Notes: generated from the sequence alone by a model not told the origin. A stretch of DNA of 64,000 bases from Octopus sinensis (GCF_006345805.1 NC_043001.1:62434001-62498000), one strand, 5' to 3'; shown: positions 21,849 through 35,437, numbered from the stretch's first letter. Numbers and translations are program-made.

Positions 21849-24800
21849 TTATAACACCTCGTAAACAATGTTCCTTGTTTTTCCTTGTGGGGCATATACA
21901 AAAAGGTTTCTTTTGGTTCCTACTCTTGAGCAGCCAACATAAAGTTGCCCATGCGAGAAGCAGGGCTCTTCCAAGAGAAGACCAGCTACAGAGAGAGTTT
22001 GACTCTGAGATTTGTTAATGGACATGGCAAAGCTGACACGAAAGGGGAATTGCAGTCTTCTGAATGTAAATGGAATTTCTGCTCCTGATGGAGTAAGAGG
22101 AATTCTTGGAATAAAGATGTCATCACCTTTTCCACATCCAGAAAGAATGATCGCCTCGATAACGTGTGACATCATTTTCTTTATCACCAGTCATGTTCCA
22201 TTGCAAAGTCTTGGTGGTTCCAGATTGCGGAGTAGCATTACAGGAGTTCCGACTTTAAGTGCTAATATGTGTGGAGGTAGTCCAGGAGGCTCCAGTTAAT
22301 TGAGAAATTCAGGAGGATAGTTCACAACTTCATTTATATCTGGAATTGTATCAACAGACTTGTAAGTGTGTATAGTGCCGAGAAGAGAATGCATTAGCTG
22401 TTGATTAATTTTGCTAACAGTGACGTTTTTTGGAGCTAATATTGCTCTTTCACACAGCCAATTGTGATTTTGGTAGTTTTGTGTGAAGTTGGGAAAGACT
22501 TTGTTTTTGATGTCATCTACAGAATTAACAACAGAGGAAAATGACCACACTTCCATTTGTCCTGCAGCATCGAGAGGCATCTTGCCTTCACCAAGTGTCA
22601 AAATGTCCTGTGCAAACTTTGTGGACATTTTGTCGCCATGTAGCTGAGCTCTCATGTTAGTGGTGAGACTGAGAATTGTAACATGATGCCACAGGGTAGA
22701 GGACTTTAGGCATGATTGGACTTCATCTGCTCTAGTGCCTTTCAGAATGACAGGAAGAGTTTACTTGAAATCACCTGACAACAGAGGCGTTATACCTCCC
22801 ATTGGAGCCTGACAGTCTCGGATGTCTTTCAGGGCTCTATCTAATGCTTCTAAAGCTCCCTTGTGAGTCATAGTGCACTCATCCCAGACAATTAGATGAC
22901 ACATTTTAAGTACTTGTCCCTGATCTGAACTTTTGTTGATGTTGCATGAAGGCATTTCGGATGCTGCTAAATTGAGAGGGAGTTTAAAAGTTGAGTGTGC
23001 TGTCCTGCCACCGGGTAACAAAGTAGCTGCAATGCCAGAGAAGGCTACAGCTACTGCAATGTCATGATGCTGCCTAACTTCTGCAAGGAGAAGCTTTGTA
23101 ATAAATGTTTTTCCTGTCCGTCCAGGAGCACCGAGGAAGCAGATTTGTCCCTCGCGTTGGCGTACACTGTTAAGAATAGTTCTGTAGGCCTGCAGCTGGT
23201 CCGGAAGTAATTTAGGCTCATTTTCAACAATGTACTTTGAAAGCGCTTGAGTGTCGTAGGTTATTTCATGAATGACAGCAGTGGGAAGGCTATTTGATCC
23301 TGACCTGAATGCTTGTGGCAGGCCATACGTCGACAATTCATTTCCACCCAGTTTAGCAATTCTGTCTTCAATGTCAATGAGTGTTTTGTTATAGATTTCA
23401 TTGCTGATACCCTCCATGTCAGGATAGAGCAGTTGAGCTTGGCGCTGAAAGTCTTCAGCCAGGTTGTCTCTATATTTGAGCCATAGAGTGGCTGGATCAC
23501 ACAGTTCACATGCCTGTAGTAATACTGCAAATAGTGCCCTGAGACTTTTAGGTGATTGTGATAAAGCAGCCTCTCCTAAAGTTGCATCCCATTGTGCACC
23601 ATCTTCTAACAGACCTTGTCGATAGCAGGTTTCTCTGTATGTTGTGCAGACATGTCCATGAACGGTTTTTAGGGCCGGGAAAGACGTTGGCCCTCTGACC
23701 TCATACAGTAGTAGACGCAGGTAGAAGCACTCTTGTTTAGTGGGATGTACTGTGTATACTCGCCCAAGGCAAGTGTGAAACTTAATGCCAGGGTATCCAT
23801 GAACATTTTGACCTGCTTTCCGTGGGGCCCATTTTTTTCCATTCCAAGTGTAGTACGATGGAATCTGTGGATACAGCAAGGTTTGAGCAAATGGATCCAC
23901 TTGACAAAGCTTGAAGAATGCAGTGAGTGTGCTATCCCTTGGTTCCTCTGCCAACAGAGAAGCATTAGCATCAGTGAAGTACACTCTTTGACCATTTTCC
24001 AGGTGCACTGCAAACTGTTGAATGGCAGGGTGTCGTTGGTGAATTGGAAAGCCAAAGATGCGCTAGAAAGCCTCCTTGCTACATATGTACCGTCCCACCT
24101 GATAATGCATCACCTCATCCTGGCAGTATTCTTGTTGAAGTCCAAACATTGCAGCGTCAGAACCCTTGTTTACATATTTGAAAACGTACTTGATGGATTT
24201 AACGGAGCTGCAAAACTCAACGTTGATGTGAGCATTGAAAGTCTTTGACAGGAGTGGGCAGTATGGAACAATCCATCTATTATCAATATCGTGCTGTCCG
24301 ATAGTTGCTGTGAAACCTCCGTCTTCTGGTTTTCTGCGTCTGTATGATGATTACCCATCAGCACCTGTCTGAGTTTCTTGTAGGAACCTCCTTGGAAATC
24401 TTTTTGAACATATGCTGTCTTTCAAGCATGGTGAGTTTATGTTGAATCCACGCCCACATGGACCATGTACCATGTTTGCTTTAACTATTTCGTATAGTTC
24501 TTTGTCTAAAGCTGGATCAGGAAGCTCTGCAGAGATTATCTTGTTGATGTCATTGGAATTGATCTTCACTGAGAGCCAAAGCAGGATATGAGCATGTGGA
24601 AGGCCCCTTTTTTGCCACTCGATTGTGTACATGTCACATTGTATGGGCCCAAAGATTTGCCCTTTTTGTATGAGCTCCATGAGAGAAATTAACTTCAGAT
24701 GGAAAACTCGGACGAGGAGGTCATATCTGTCTTTAGGCTTTTGACTGAAGAAGAGTTCGGCCTGAATCTCCTTCCACTTGGGATTGCATGTGGAAGTTAT

Positions 24801-25883
24801 GAATAGGTCAGGCCTGTTGTAATGGCGAACAAAGGTCATTGCATCCTGTGTTCTTTCATGCATGTATCGGGGACTTCCAGTGAATGTAGAAGGCAAGATG
24901 CAAAGTCTTCCTATGTTTGTTGGAGCAGCATCATTGTTGATGGCATCTCGGAGATGGATGTAGCTGTCAGATCGCAATTTTTTTTATGTAACCTGATGAA
25001 ACACAATCTCTCTGAGACTGGTGGAGGTGATTACAGCAGTTGTTTCGGGTCATAAATTTGTATGAGTAGAAGTCCATGCAGGATATTGGCTTGTTGAGAT
25101 GTTCATTAAGATTTTGAGGATGTTGCTGTAGTAGACCAATGTGGTAGTATCCTCACCGTTAATAAACAGAAGTGAGTATTGGAGTGAATCGTATGATCTG
25201 TGTGTTTCACTAATTTGTTGGAGGGTGGTGTCACATCGCCTGAGAACAATGTCTCTAGGATTGTGCTGTTCACCGTGAAGGAGTACAGCTATTTCATTGC
25301 ATGTGGGTGCATTGTAACGGCCTGCATGTTCCTTAGATGGTCTTTTCGGGGCATCAATGATAACATTAAAATTTGATGAATCTTCTGTTTCCAAGGTATA
25401 CTTGAAGCTGCGTATGTACCTGTTTTTCTGGTGCAAAAGGTCTTGCAGTTGCATTATCAAGTGAAAGTTAGTACCTGTGGAAATGGAATTTCGTCGGGTG
25501 GCTTGTTCATGTAAATTACCTACAAAGTACAGTTGAAGGAATTGAGGATCTTGATTTTCAGCAGGTTCAAGTGATCGTATCCTATGGTAAACCTGTCCCT
25601 GCACTTTGAAAGTTAGCATAAACCCGCCTTCTTGAACAAGATTAGCGCCGAAAGATGTCATTTGGAATGCACAATTGTACTTCTGGATGTTATTCAGGAA
25701 ATGTTTTGACTCTGTAGTTGATAAGGTAGCATGTGGTAAATATCTGTTACCATCATCCATTGTCCCATAGTGAGAAGTAAGTTTTATTTCCCTGTGTTGG
25801 GAATGAAATGAGAATGAGATGTAAGAGGACAATGTTTTTGAGATTCCGGTTCGAATGTAAGGCAGGTTTGAAAGTGTTCCCAA
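21849..25883 (-). pseudogene. Helitron Rep (HUH) plus PIF1 helicase, frameshifted
   Basis: RPDLFITSTCNP, EWQKRGLPHAHILLW, SIKYVFKYVNKGSD (about 24150), GAPGRTGKTF, LIVWDECTM, RRLQFP...AMSINKSQSQTL...FSHGQLYVGCSRV. Confidence 0.95.
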
Positions 25884-25959
25884 CAGTTATTAGCTGTAGT
25901 GGGAGAGTGTTTATGCCGAATATGTACGTATGCATGTATATATATGTATGTATGCCTGT

Positions 25960-26100
25960 ATATATGTACAAAATCCACTGAGAAGGCTTTTGTTGGTCTG
26001 AGGCTACAGCAGAAGACACATACCAAGTCACCACACAGTGCAACTGAACCCAGGACCATGTGCATGGAATGTAGTTTGTTACCACACAGTCACACCTGCC
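25960..26100 (-). mobile_element. Decayed SINE (family 2) nested in the Helitron
   Basis: Reverse complement TGACTGTGTGGTAA...CATGGTCCTGGGTTCAGTTGCACTG...GTCTTCTGCTGTAGCCTC. Confidence 0.65.
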
Positions 26101-27222
26101 CCTATGTATGTATGTGTGTGTGTGTGCATATGTGTGTATGGGTAGATATATTATGCATGTATATATGTGTGTATATATATGTGTACATATTACATGTACA
26201 TCTATATATATACATCTACACATAAAATACAAAATACAAAGTTATATCTTGATATCGCTAGTGATAACAATACTCAAAATATATAACAGACTGGAATTGT
26301 AGGTTCATCTCTTGCAATTTCAATCAATTGGATCTTGTCCTCCCTCTTGTATAGAAGTGTACGGCTGCAGTGAAATTCATTTTTGGACTTTCTTCTATCG
26401 AAGGCATTTTAACAAAAATACTTCCGTAAAGACGGTGAAAATATTGTCAATTTCCCCAAACAGGGACACAATTCAATTTTTAAACAATAACCAAAGCCCC
26501 TTCTCCGAAAGGGGGAGGGTTACGGATTACAATTATTTAACAAATGCAACACAACAACGTTTCCCTGATGAGGAACCAACAAACATGATTACAATAGTCA
26601 AACAGTAATAATAATAACAACAAACCTTTTTAATTTATCCCCATTTATGTGAAACCACTTATTCAAGTTCATTGATGCAATTTTATACGAATTGCTAATA
26701 CACACACACACACACACATAATAATGGTGAAAAATTGAAAATTAATTTGATTAATATGAATTGAAAACCAGTGGTGTAGCATATAAGACCATAGCGGATC
26801 TTCTTCTAGCAAAATGGATGACCACTGTTAATGGTCCATTCCTGTTATGTAATACTTTCACTTTAATAGTTTCAGTATTAAAGTGAAAGTGTCTGCATTA
26901 CAATACAGAGATGTTTTTGTTTCACTTTTACCACATAATACTAAAATAGTGGAGAAGATATGATATTGCTGTGGGGTCACCCCAGGGAAAAAGTTAAAAA
27001 GTTAAAAGTAAAAATTTTTGCCGATGACACGCCCCAGACCTTAAGTAAGGCATGTGTAAAATCTGAATGAAATTGGTTGTGTAGTTCTCAAGTTTTAGGG
27101 AAACACACAGACAGACAGACACACATTCTCAGTTTTATATATATAGAGATATCTCTTATGATAAAAGGCAGATTTTCTCTGCCTCTGACATAGTTTGTTT
27201 TTAATACAATTGTACGATATAG

Positions 27223-27617
27223 AATTTCTTCAATTGGAATTTACCTATGATTTTTCGAAGTACATTCGATTGGGTCATGGCATATCAATTTTTTTTCAAT
27301 TTGACCCCCAATTAAGCAAAAATTTGAGAAAACTAAATATTTTACGATTTGCCTCTCATATCAACTGCTTCACTCCTTCTATTACCACACTTTCTCCTAC
27401 TTTCTCTTTGCAAGTGTACCTTAAACCACTACTCAAAAAAAATACACAGGAAACAGAAACAAATAAATACATAATGATTTACTCCTCACACAATTTCTTC
27501 AATTGAAATTTACCTATGATTTTTCGAAGTACATTCCATTGGGTCATGGCATTGAAATTTCTTTCAATTTGACCCCCAATTAAGCAAAAATTTGAGAAAA
27601 CTCAATATTTTACGATT
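27223..27617. repeat. About 127-bp direct repeat pair, period about 269
   Basis: AATTTCTTCAATTG.AATTTACCTATGATTTTTCGAAGTAC...TTTTACGATT at 27223 and 27492. Confidence 0.85.
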
Positions 27618-27769
27618 GGTTTTTAATTTACTTTCTGTCGCTAAGTTTTTGTAGTATTAATTTGCGAGCATACTTCAGTTGTCAATTGTTGAAAGAAACA
27701 AATTGTAAGCTAAGAAGGTGTGTGTGTGTGTGCGTGTGAGTGTTTGTGTGTGTGTGTGCGTGTGTGTGT

Positions 27770-27801
<32 letters not shown>

Positions 27802-27919
27802 AGGAAGTGAAGGATAAAAATATGGCAAGAAGTGGACAGATGTACGTATATACATACATACATCCATACATACATGTGTGTGTGTGTGTGTATGTATGTG
27901 TATTAATGTGTGTGTGTTA

Positions 27920-28317
27920 TCTCTCTCTATATAAAGCTGAAGTTGTCTGTGTGCGCTAGGTTTGGTAGCCTTCAACTAACACTATCTCCTCCGAGACCCT
28001 GTGGTGCAAGTTGACCAAAATTGAGAGTATGATAGAAGAAGGGTTGCTCTTCCTTCCGTACAAGATAAAATTCAAATCCGACCATGTTAACACCAAAAAT
28101 TATTTACAACAAAAAGATGCTTTTTTCTATGAAAATCCATATTTTTTACGATTTTTTCACTGCTGTGTCGCCACTTTTCGGTGTATTTCAACCAGAAAAA
28201 TGTTCACTTGAAGAGAATAACAAGCTACATAATGCAAAATTTTTACTTTTCAAAAATTCCAATTCCAGTGGATTTTGTACAAACCCCAGCAACGTCAGGG
28301 CAGCGTGATACTGCTAG
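27920..28317 (+). mobile_element. Complete about 400-bp non-autonomous Helitron
   Basis: A|TCTCTCTCTATATAAAGCTGAAGTTGTCTG start; CCCAGCAACGTCAGGG subterminal motif; CTAG|T end. Confidence 0.8.
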
Positions 28318-28741
28318 TATATATATAATTGCTATATGAATGTATAGTGAACTCAAAAATCATTCTTTGGAAAACATCTAGAATTTCAATTAAATAAAGG
28401 TGACTACATCCATATAAGTACTTTTTAATGAATACAAAAGAACAAGACCTGAAACTGCAATTATAAATTTTACTGAAGAAGCTCAAAAACAACATCTGGT
28501 TTTTCAATTAAAACCTTGACCAATTCAAATATAAAAATTCTTTTCCCTTCCCCACTTTACAAGGCAACTAAGTACTAGACAAACAAGTCTGACCATACCA
28601 ATACAAAAGTCACACCTCTTTGCCTCCCACTTCTTCTCAATAAAGGTTTTTCTTTTTTCTTCTCCCTTGCTTTGCAAACCCCACAAAATTTTTTACATCT
28701 AAAAAGGCCAAGAAAGGAACAGAAACTTTCTTGGAACTAAT

Positions 28742-29398
28742 GTGAACAACCCCCTTACTAATTATGAGTGCACCGTACCTGCTAGGGATAATATTAATGT
28801 AATAGATGATACTACTACTACCAATACTAGTACTAGTGATAGGAATATAGCCAATAATGTGAAATTAACTCATTCGTTGATTTTGGGTTTGGATGATGAT
28901 AACAATTGTAACACTTATAATGTGAATGGTGGTACAGGGGTGGGGACCAATCTTAGATTACCTCATTCTGTTAATCTTTGTAATTTCAGAAACAGAAATA
29001 AATGTGTGTTTGGTAATCAATGCCTCAGGAAGGAGGTAGTTTACCAATGCACTGTAGATACACAATTGAGTAGTAGGGTGTACATAGGGGCAACTATGAA
29101 TAGCATAAAACAGAGATTGAATTATCACAGATATACTTTTAGAAATAAAAATAGAATGTACTCTACAGGGCTAAGTGCATACATCTGGGAACTTAAAAGT
29201 AAGAACTTAGATTTTAGATTAAACTGGAAAATACTAACTTCAGCACCTGTGTATAATGGAAAAAATAAAAAATGCTCTCTATGTATTAATGAAATTTTTT
29301 TCATTATTAAAGCGGGTAGGCAAATTATTAACAACATAAATGAAAAAAACTTTTTTTGCATTCATAGACTACCGTTCACCTTTTCTAGATTCAAATAG
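28742..29398 (+). CDS. Penelope-like element GIY-YIG endonuclease (5'-truncated ORF)
   Basis: CVFGNQCLRKEVVYQC...VYIGAT...RLNYH..TFR...TGLSAYIWELK...WKIL...KCSLCINE. GTG start, so not a true N-terminus. Confidence 0.9.
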   Translation: MNNPLTNYECTVPARDNINVIDDTTTTNTSTSDRNIANNVKLTHSLILGLDDDNNCNTYNVNGGTGVGTNLRLPHSVNLCNFRNRNKCVFGNQCLRKEVVYQCTVDTQLSSRVYIGATMNSIKQRLNYHRYTFRNKNRMYSTGLSAYIWELKSKNLDFRLNWKILTSAPVYNGKNKKCSLCINEIFFIIKAGRQIINNINEKNFFCIHRLPFTFSRFK

Positions 29399-31033
29399 AA
29401 CTTAGCACTTCTACTATTAATAATTTTTTAACTCCCTTCTATAACTAACTATACCAGTGGTCTTCTATAATTCTAAAGTATGTAACTTATAAATTTATAA
29501 TTTTATAATTTTATAGCTACATTTGTATAATAATAATAGATGTGTCTAGTATTAATTGTTACTTGTTTTTTATATGTGGGTTTTTGTCTTGTTTTTAAAG
29601 GAAATGCAATATGACATGAAATAACATATTCATTTTGGTATTTGCCTTGTAATATGTGATTTTTGAAGTTTTCTAATATTGCATAGTGTATATGTATATC
29701 TTGGTTAGATACCTAGCTCTAGATAATGTAATGCTATTGTGTAATATGTAATATATGAGAGCCTTTTGTGAGTTTGGTTTGTTTAGGTTGAGAATCTAGG
29801 TTTTTTGTATGTGTTTATTTGGCAGGTTTATATTGTATATTTGGTCTTTCTTTGTACTCACCTTAATTTGTATCTTATGCTTTTTACTAATAAACCTTTT
29901 CATTTACAAACATTTGGCTTTATAAATATTACCAGCCTTATATATTTAGTTTATATTTAGTTTATATCTATAGTCTTCTGGATCTGTACTTTAAATTATC
30001 CTTCCATACATGTTTACTTTCATCAATATAATATATATATTCACTTTATTTTTTATTTTATTGTAATGGTATCTATCTCTGCATTTAGTCTTCTAATTAT
30101 TTATTTATTTGCTTATTTAAGTGTAGATTTAAACATACATATCAAGTCATCTAATTTGTTATCTATTTATTTTTTACTTATTTACTTATACAAGTGTAGT
30201 TTTATACATACATATCTATCATTTATTTTAATTTTAATAATATATGAATACATATATACTGGTTTGTACTTATAATATGTGTGTAACCGTAATTATTTCT
30301 TCTTATTTATTTTATCACATTTTAACTTAAGTATTTACAATATATAAATTTTTAAAAATTTCTGTGATGTTCTTATATACGATTGCATTAGTACTTCCCC
30401 ATGTTGATATTATTTAATGCCTAATCTGGTATATTATGGCATTGAATTTATTAAGTAAAAAAGAGATATATTTATAATATATAAATTGATATATATTTTA
30501 TAACTTAGCGTACTTGGAATCATAACAAACTTACGGTAAATCTAATAACCGGTATGTTTACTATGCAACAAACCGGTGTTATAAATTTTAAGTTACCCAG
30601 TGAAATAGTATCTGACATCGTAACATACTGATATTTAAAAATATATATATCTTTAAAATAAATATTTTATGGAAATGCATGAGTGGATCTTTTTTGTTAT
30701 TTGAGGCATAGTTATAATTTTGAAAGACTAAATGGCAGCATAGTTGCTCCCCTATTTGTTTATCTATGTGCTAGTTGTTGCTTGTGGTTATGTATGTGTA
30801 TAAGTGTATGTGTATACATATAATTATGTATGTATGTGCGATTGATCTGTGGATGCGCGTGTGAATATTTGCGTTCCTTGACTAACTAACCGTAAAATTT
30901 CTTTTGTGATTTAAATTTCAAACTACTAACCAATAGAATTAATCTGAAGAATCATTACCTAGTGGTCAGAATTTATAAACTCATAGTTATTTCGATCTTG
31001 AAAGGATGGACTTGGTGCAAACATAACTGTATC

Positions 31034-31079
<46 letters not shown>

Positions 31080-31410
31080 AGTAATCTTTATTGACTTTTA
31101 TAGCTTTATAATTTTATGAACTGAACCATGGTTTTAATTATTATTTTTCATCTCCCTATGTGTTAGTTTTTTTTAAAACTATTAGCCAAATATGTATAAT
31201 AACTGTGCTTATTAATATTAATATATACACTGATATATATTTTGTTTTATTTTGTTTTGTTTACCTTGCATTATTGTACCAATGAGTATTATATTATATA
31301 AGTGTAGAATTATGAAGTTTATGCATAAGTTTTTATATTTTACATTTTTATATTTTTATATTTATATGTATATGGAAAAATAATTTTTTCACAATTATAA
31401 CAAATTTAAT

Positions 31411-31520
31411 TCTCTGAAGAGGCCATGGGGCATCCTTGTTAATGCCTCATTTATACCTGCCTTTATGGCTTATAGGTTAAATGAGGTATGACTGCCCTTG
31501 CTGCCGAAACAGCTGTCAGA
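31411..31520 (+). ncRNA. Type I hammerhead ribozyme with 85-nt stem II
   Basis: TCT CTGAAGA GGC...GCC GAAA CAGCTG TC AGA; GUC triplet; internal CCTCATTTA/TAAATGAGG helix. Confidence 0.8.
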
Positions 31521-31704
31521 TATGATTTAATTACATATTATATTTGAAATTTTATACTTATATCTCTTTGTCTATTTACATTTACTGTATATTTTGTATA
31601 ATGCCTTTACTGATATGTAATGGTGTAATAAAGTATTGATTGGGTATCATCTGATAGTTGATGTTTTATTGATTTAAGTATGTTTCTCCATTTTCTAATT
31701 TTGT

Positions 31705-31705
31705 A

Positions 31706-31746
<41 letters not shown>

Positions 31747-31760
31747 GGATATATACATGG

Positions 31761-31792
<32 letters not shown>

Positions 31793-31831
31793 GGATATAT
31801 ATATTATATATATATATGGATATATACATGG

Positions 31832-31877
<46 letters not shown>

Positions 31878-31983
31878 ATATTATATAATATATATATAAT
31901 GGATATATATATATATATGGATATACATATATGATATATATATATATATGGATATATATATATATATATCTAATAATATTTTA

Positions 31984-32015
<32 letters not shown>

Positions 32016-32035
32016 ATATATGGATATATACATGG

Positions 32036-32067
<32 letters not shown>

Positions 32068-32088
32068 CTATATATATATATATATAAT

Positions 32089-32131
<43 letters not shown>

Positions 32132-32209
32132 ATATATATATATATATGGATATATATATATATATGGATATATATATATATATGGTATACATATATGGAT
32201 ATATAATAT

Positions 32210-32245
<36 letters not shown>
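31705..32245. repeat. (TA)n / TATGGA microsatellite
   Basis: Direct reading. Confidence 0.95.
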
Positions 32246-32336
32246 AAAATTAAATAACAGTAGAAATTGATATTAATCAATTAAAACCAGTGGCCTACCA
32301 TATTTTAAAAAATCCGAAAATTAAAAATTTTTTTAC

Positions 32337-32566
32337 ATACAAAATTTAGAGCACTGAGCACTAAAAGTGGACAGCCTGTATACTAGATATAGAAGTCAAA
32401 TTTGCCATTTTCCACGAAGAGTGTGCTCTCAAGAAACAATTCAGCAATGGTTTTTGCTGAATATTTTCTTGAGAACACATTCTTCATCGGAAAATGGCGA
32501 TTTTGACATCTATATCTAGCATGCAGGCTGTCCACTTTTAGTGCTCAGTTCTCTAAATTTGTATAT
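32337..32566. repeat. About 230-bp imperfect palindrome (MITE-like)
   Basis: AAATTTAGAGCACTGAGCACTAAAAGTGGACAGCCTG...TCAGCAA loop TTGCTGA...CAGGCTGTCCACTTTTAGTGCTCAGTTCTCTAAATTT. Confidence 0.9.
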
Positions 32567-32608
32567 GTATATATATCCATATATATATCCATATATCTAT
32601 ATACATAC

Positions 32609-32671
<63 letters not shown>

Positions 32672-32675
<4 letters not shown>

Positions 32676-32850
32676 GGTCCCTGTGCTGATGGCACATAAA
32701 AAGTACCCACTACACTCACTCGGTAGCTGGCGTTAGGAAGAGCATGCAGATCAGAGTGTAGCCTGGTGCAGCCTCCTGGCTTCCCAGAACCCGGTTGAAC
32801 CCTTCAACCCATGCTAGCATGGAAAATAGGTGTTAAACGATGATGATGAT
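32672..32850 (+). mobile_element. RTE 3'-tail fragment
   Basis: CCCACTACACTC...AACCCATGCTAGCATGG...TTAAACG(ATG)n. Confidence 0.8.
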
Positions 32851-32887
32851 GGATATATGGATATATATATACATATATATATATATA

Positions 32888-35400
32888 TCCTTAATCCTTA
32901 AATCCTTAAAAATGTTTTAGCCCGAAGGCCGCGGCCATGCTGGGGCACCACCGCTGAATGAGCTACACTAATTTGTGAATCCACCTCTGATACGTGGCAC
33001 TTGATCAACAAGGGAGTTCGATGCTGCTGCCCGCATCCGCGTCTCCTGTCGTGAGGTAGGCTCATCTGGGACTCCCAACAAGAAGAGATCCAGTTTAGTT
33101 TTAAAGAAACCCACATCCACACCATGTAAGTCTCTCAGGCATTTAGGGAGGATGTTAAAGAGCTGTGGTCCTCTGAAACCCAAGCTGTTGCAGTATCTGG
33201 ACCTGTATTTTGATGGTGATGTTGGAATCCTTGGCACCATGCAGTGGCGCCCCGTTCTGCGGTTGGAGTAACTTTGAATGCCAAAGTTTGGGACAAGACA
33301 CTCCAGGATTTTCCAGATGTATATGACCGCATATCTCTCCCGCCTCCGCTCTAGGGAGAAGAGGTTTAATACCTTCAGTCTTTCCCAGTAGCTGATGTTT
33401 TGCATTGAGACGATTTTCTTTGTGTAGCTTCTCTGAATTGCTTCGAGTTCTGCTGTTAGTTTTATATTGTGTGGTGACCAAAGTTGGGAGCAGTAGTCCA
33501 AGCGGCTGAGGACGAATGTTTTCCATAGGACCATCAGTGTCTCCTTCTCTCTTGTTCTGAAAGTTAGGAGAATCCATCCAGCTAGCCGTCTGCATTTTAT
33601 CACCAGATTAGCAATATGCACTTGGAAAGATGCATCATTGCTGATGTCAATGCCCAGGTCACGCACTGATTTTGACTCAGGGATTGCAATTCTTCCTGGG
33701 CCAGTGTATCCAGTCTTCACGTCATGTACCTTTGTGTGCCAGTAGCGCAGGGCCTGGAACTTACCTGCATTAAACTGCATGTTGTTGTCCTCAGCCCACC
33801 TGTATATTGTGTCCAGCTCATGTTGCAGATGCGCAATATTTTCAGGGTTTTGTATTGCGTGGGAGACTTTTGTGTCATCTGCATAGCTAGCAAGGGTGGT
33901 CATCGTAGCAACTGAAGGTATGTCTGAAAGGGCCACTATGAACATCAGTGGCCCCAAGACAGTGCCCTGTGGGACACCGCTTGTTATTTGCGTTTCCTTG
34001 GAGGTGGCTCCATTGCTCACAACTGCCTGTTTTCTGTCTTTTAGGAAGTTGTGCAACCACTCTCCAAGTTTCCCGCCTATGCCGAGACCACGCAGTTTGT
34101 GACAGATCATACCATGGTCGACTTTATCAAAGGCTTTTGCAAAGTCGAGATATATTACATCCACATTTGAGCCATTTAGTAGCTGTTTCAACACTCAGTC
34201 ATAGTGTTGCAGGAGCTGTGTTAGGCAGCCTCTACCTGGTCGAAATCCATGCTGGGTGTCAGACAGCAAGTCATTTTCTTCAAGGAACATGATTAGTTTC
34301 TTACGGACTATTCGTTCCATGACTTTGCTGATGTGTGAGGTCAGAGAGATAGGCCTATAATTTTTAGCATCTGCTCTGCTACCTCCCTTATGGATAGGGC
34401 ATATTACCCCCTCTTTCAATTTGACTGGGAGCTTACCACTTGCAAGAAAGCTCTGAAAAAGAAGCTGTAGCGGTTTTGCAAGGGCTCGTTTGCACGATTT
34501 GAGAAGGATCGTTGGGAATCCATCAGGTCCAGCAGCTGAGTTTGTGACAATCTCATCAATGGCTAGTGTGATATCATCATCTTCGATGTTGATGTACTCA
34601 ATTTTTGTCTCTTTGGCCACAGGTAAAGTGGCAAAGAATTCTTCTGGGTTGTTTACTTGCCTGTGTCCTAGAGGTGTAGTGAACACACTTTGGAACTGTT
34701 CGTTCAGTATTTCACTTATCTCGTGGGATTTCCTGTGAGAGAGCCATCTTTTTGAAGAGAGGTCCTATTCTCTGGTGCACTGTGGCTGTCTCTTTGGCAA
34801 ACTAAAGAAAGCTTTAGGGTTTGATTTTATATTTTCTATTACCCAAGCTTCTTTATCTGCTCTCTCCTTTTCATGGGACTGATGTAGACTTTTCTCAGTT
34901 TCCATTAGCTTTCGTTCGAGCCGAGACTTCTCACCACTTTTGGTGTGCTTGCTCAGGCGGTTTGCAATCCTTGTCTGTCGTCTCATAAGAATACTCCTTT
35001 CTCTAGGGATCCTGTTTTTGTTCTTGTGTGTGCTGGCCCTGCACACTGGGACATATTTGTCAAATGTGGCTTGTATTATGGACATGAAGTGTTTGTGTTT
35101 CATGTTTATGTCCGGTGTGGAGAGACATTCAGGCCAATCCTGTTTGAGGATCTCTTTCTCAATCAACTTCCAGTTGGCTTTATGAAAGTTTAAGTTGGAG
35201 AGATGGTGGGTGCTTCGTATAGGCTGTGTGTCTACGGGGGCTTTTGTTCCATACATAGACAGCTCTATTATGTTGTGATCCGAGATCATTGTCGGCATCA
35301 CATTAACATTATGGATAATATCCATATTGTTTGTGAAGCAGAGATCCAGTATATTATCTGCCCTTGTTGGTTGCAGAACTGCCCTTGTTGGTTATCCATG
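32888..35400 (-). mobile_element. CR1/L2-group LINE, 5'-truncated, copy 1
   Basis: ORFs 34765-35325, 34195-34686 (AAGPDG, KNYRPISLTS, QHGFR) and 32968-34194 (YLDFAKAFDKV, GVPQGTVLGP, YADD). Tail GGTGCCCCAGCATGGCC then (TAAGGAT)n. Confidence 0.92.
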
Positions 35401-35437
35401 AAAGAGGCATTTGTGAGATGGAGCAGGGACTCCACCT

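Larger units (their letters stand above)
21665..27149 (-). mobile_element. Helitron, complete termini, decayed RepHel, about 5.5 kb
   Basis: 5' A|TCTCTATATATATAAAACTGAG; 3' subterminal hairpin ACCGGGCAATGCCGGGT then CTAG|T. Confidence 0.92.
28742..31700 (+). mobile_element. 5'-truncated Penelope-like element with about 2-kb AT-rich 3' region and hammerhead
   Basis: ORF, T-rich tract, then ribozyme at 31411. Boundaries approximate, and linkage across the AT-rich tract is inferred. Confidence 0.7.
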
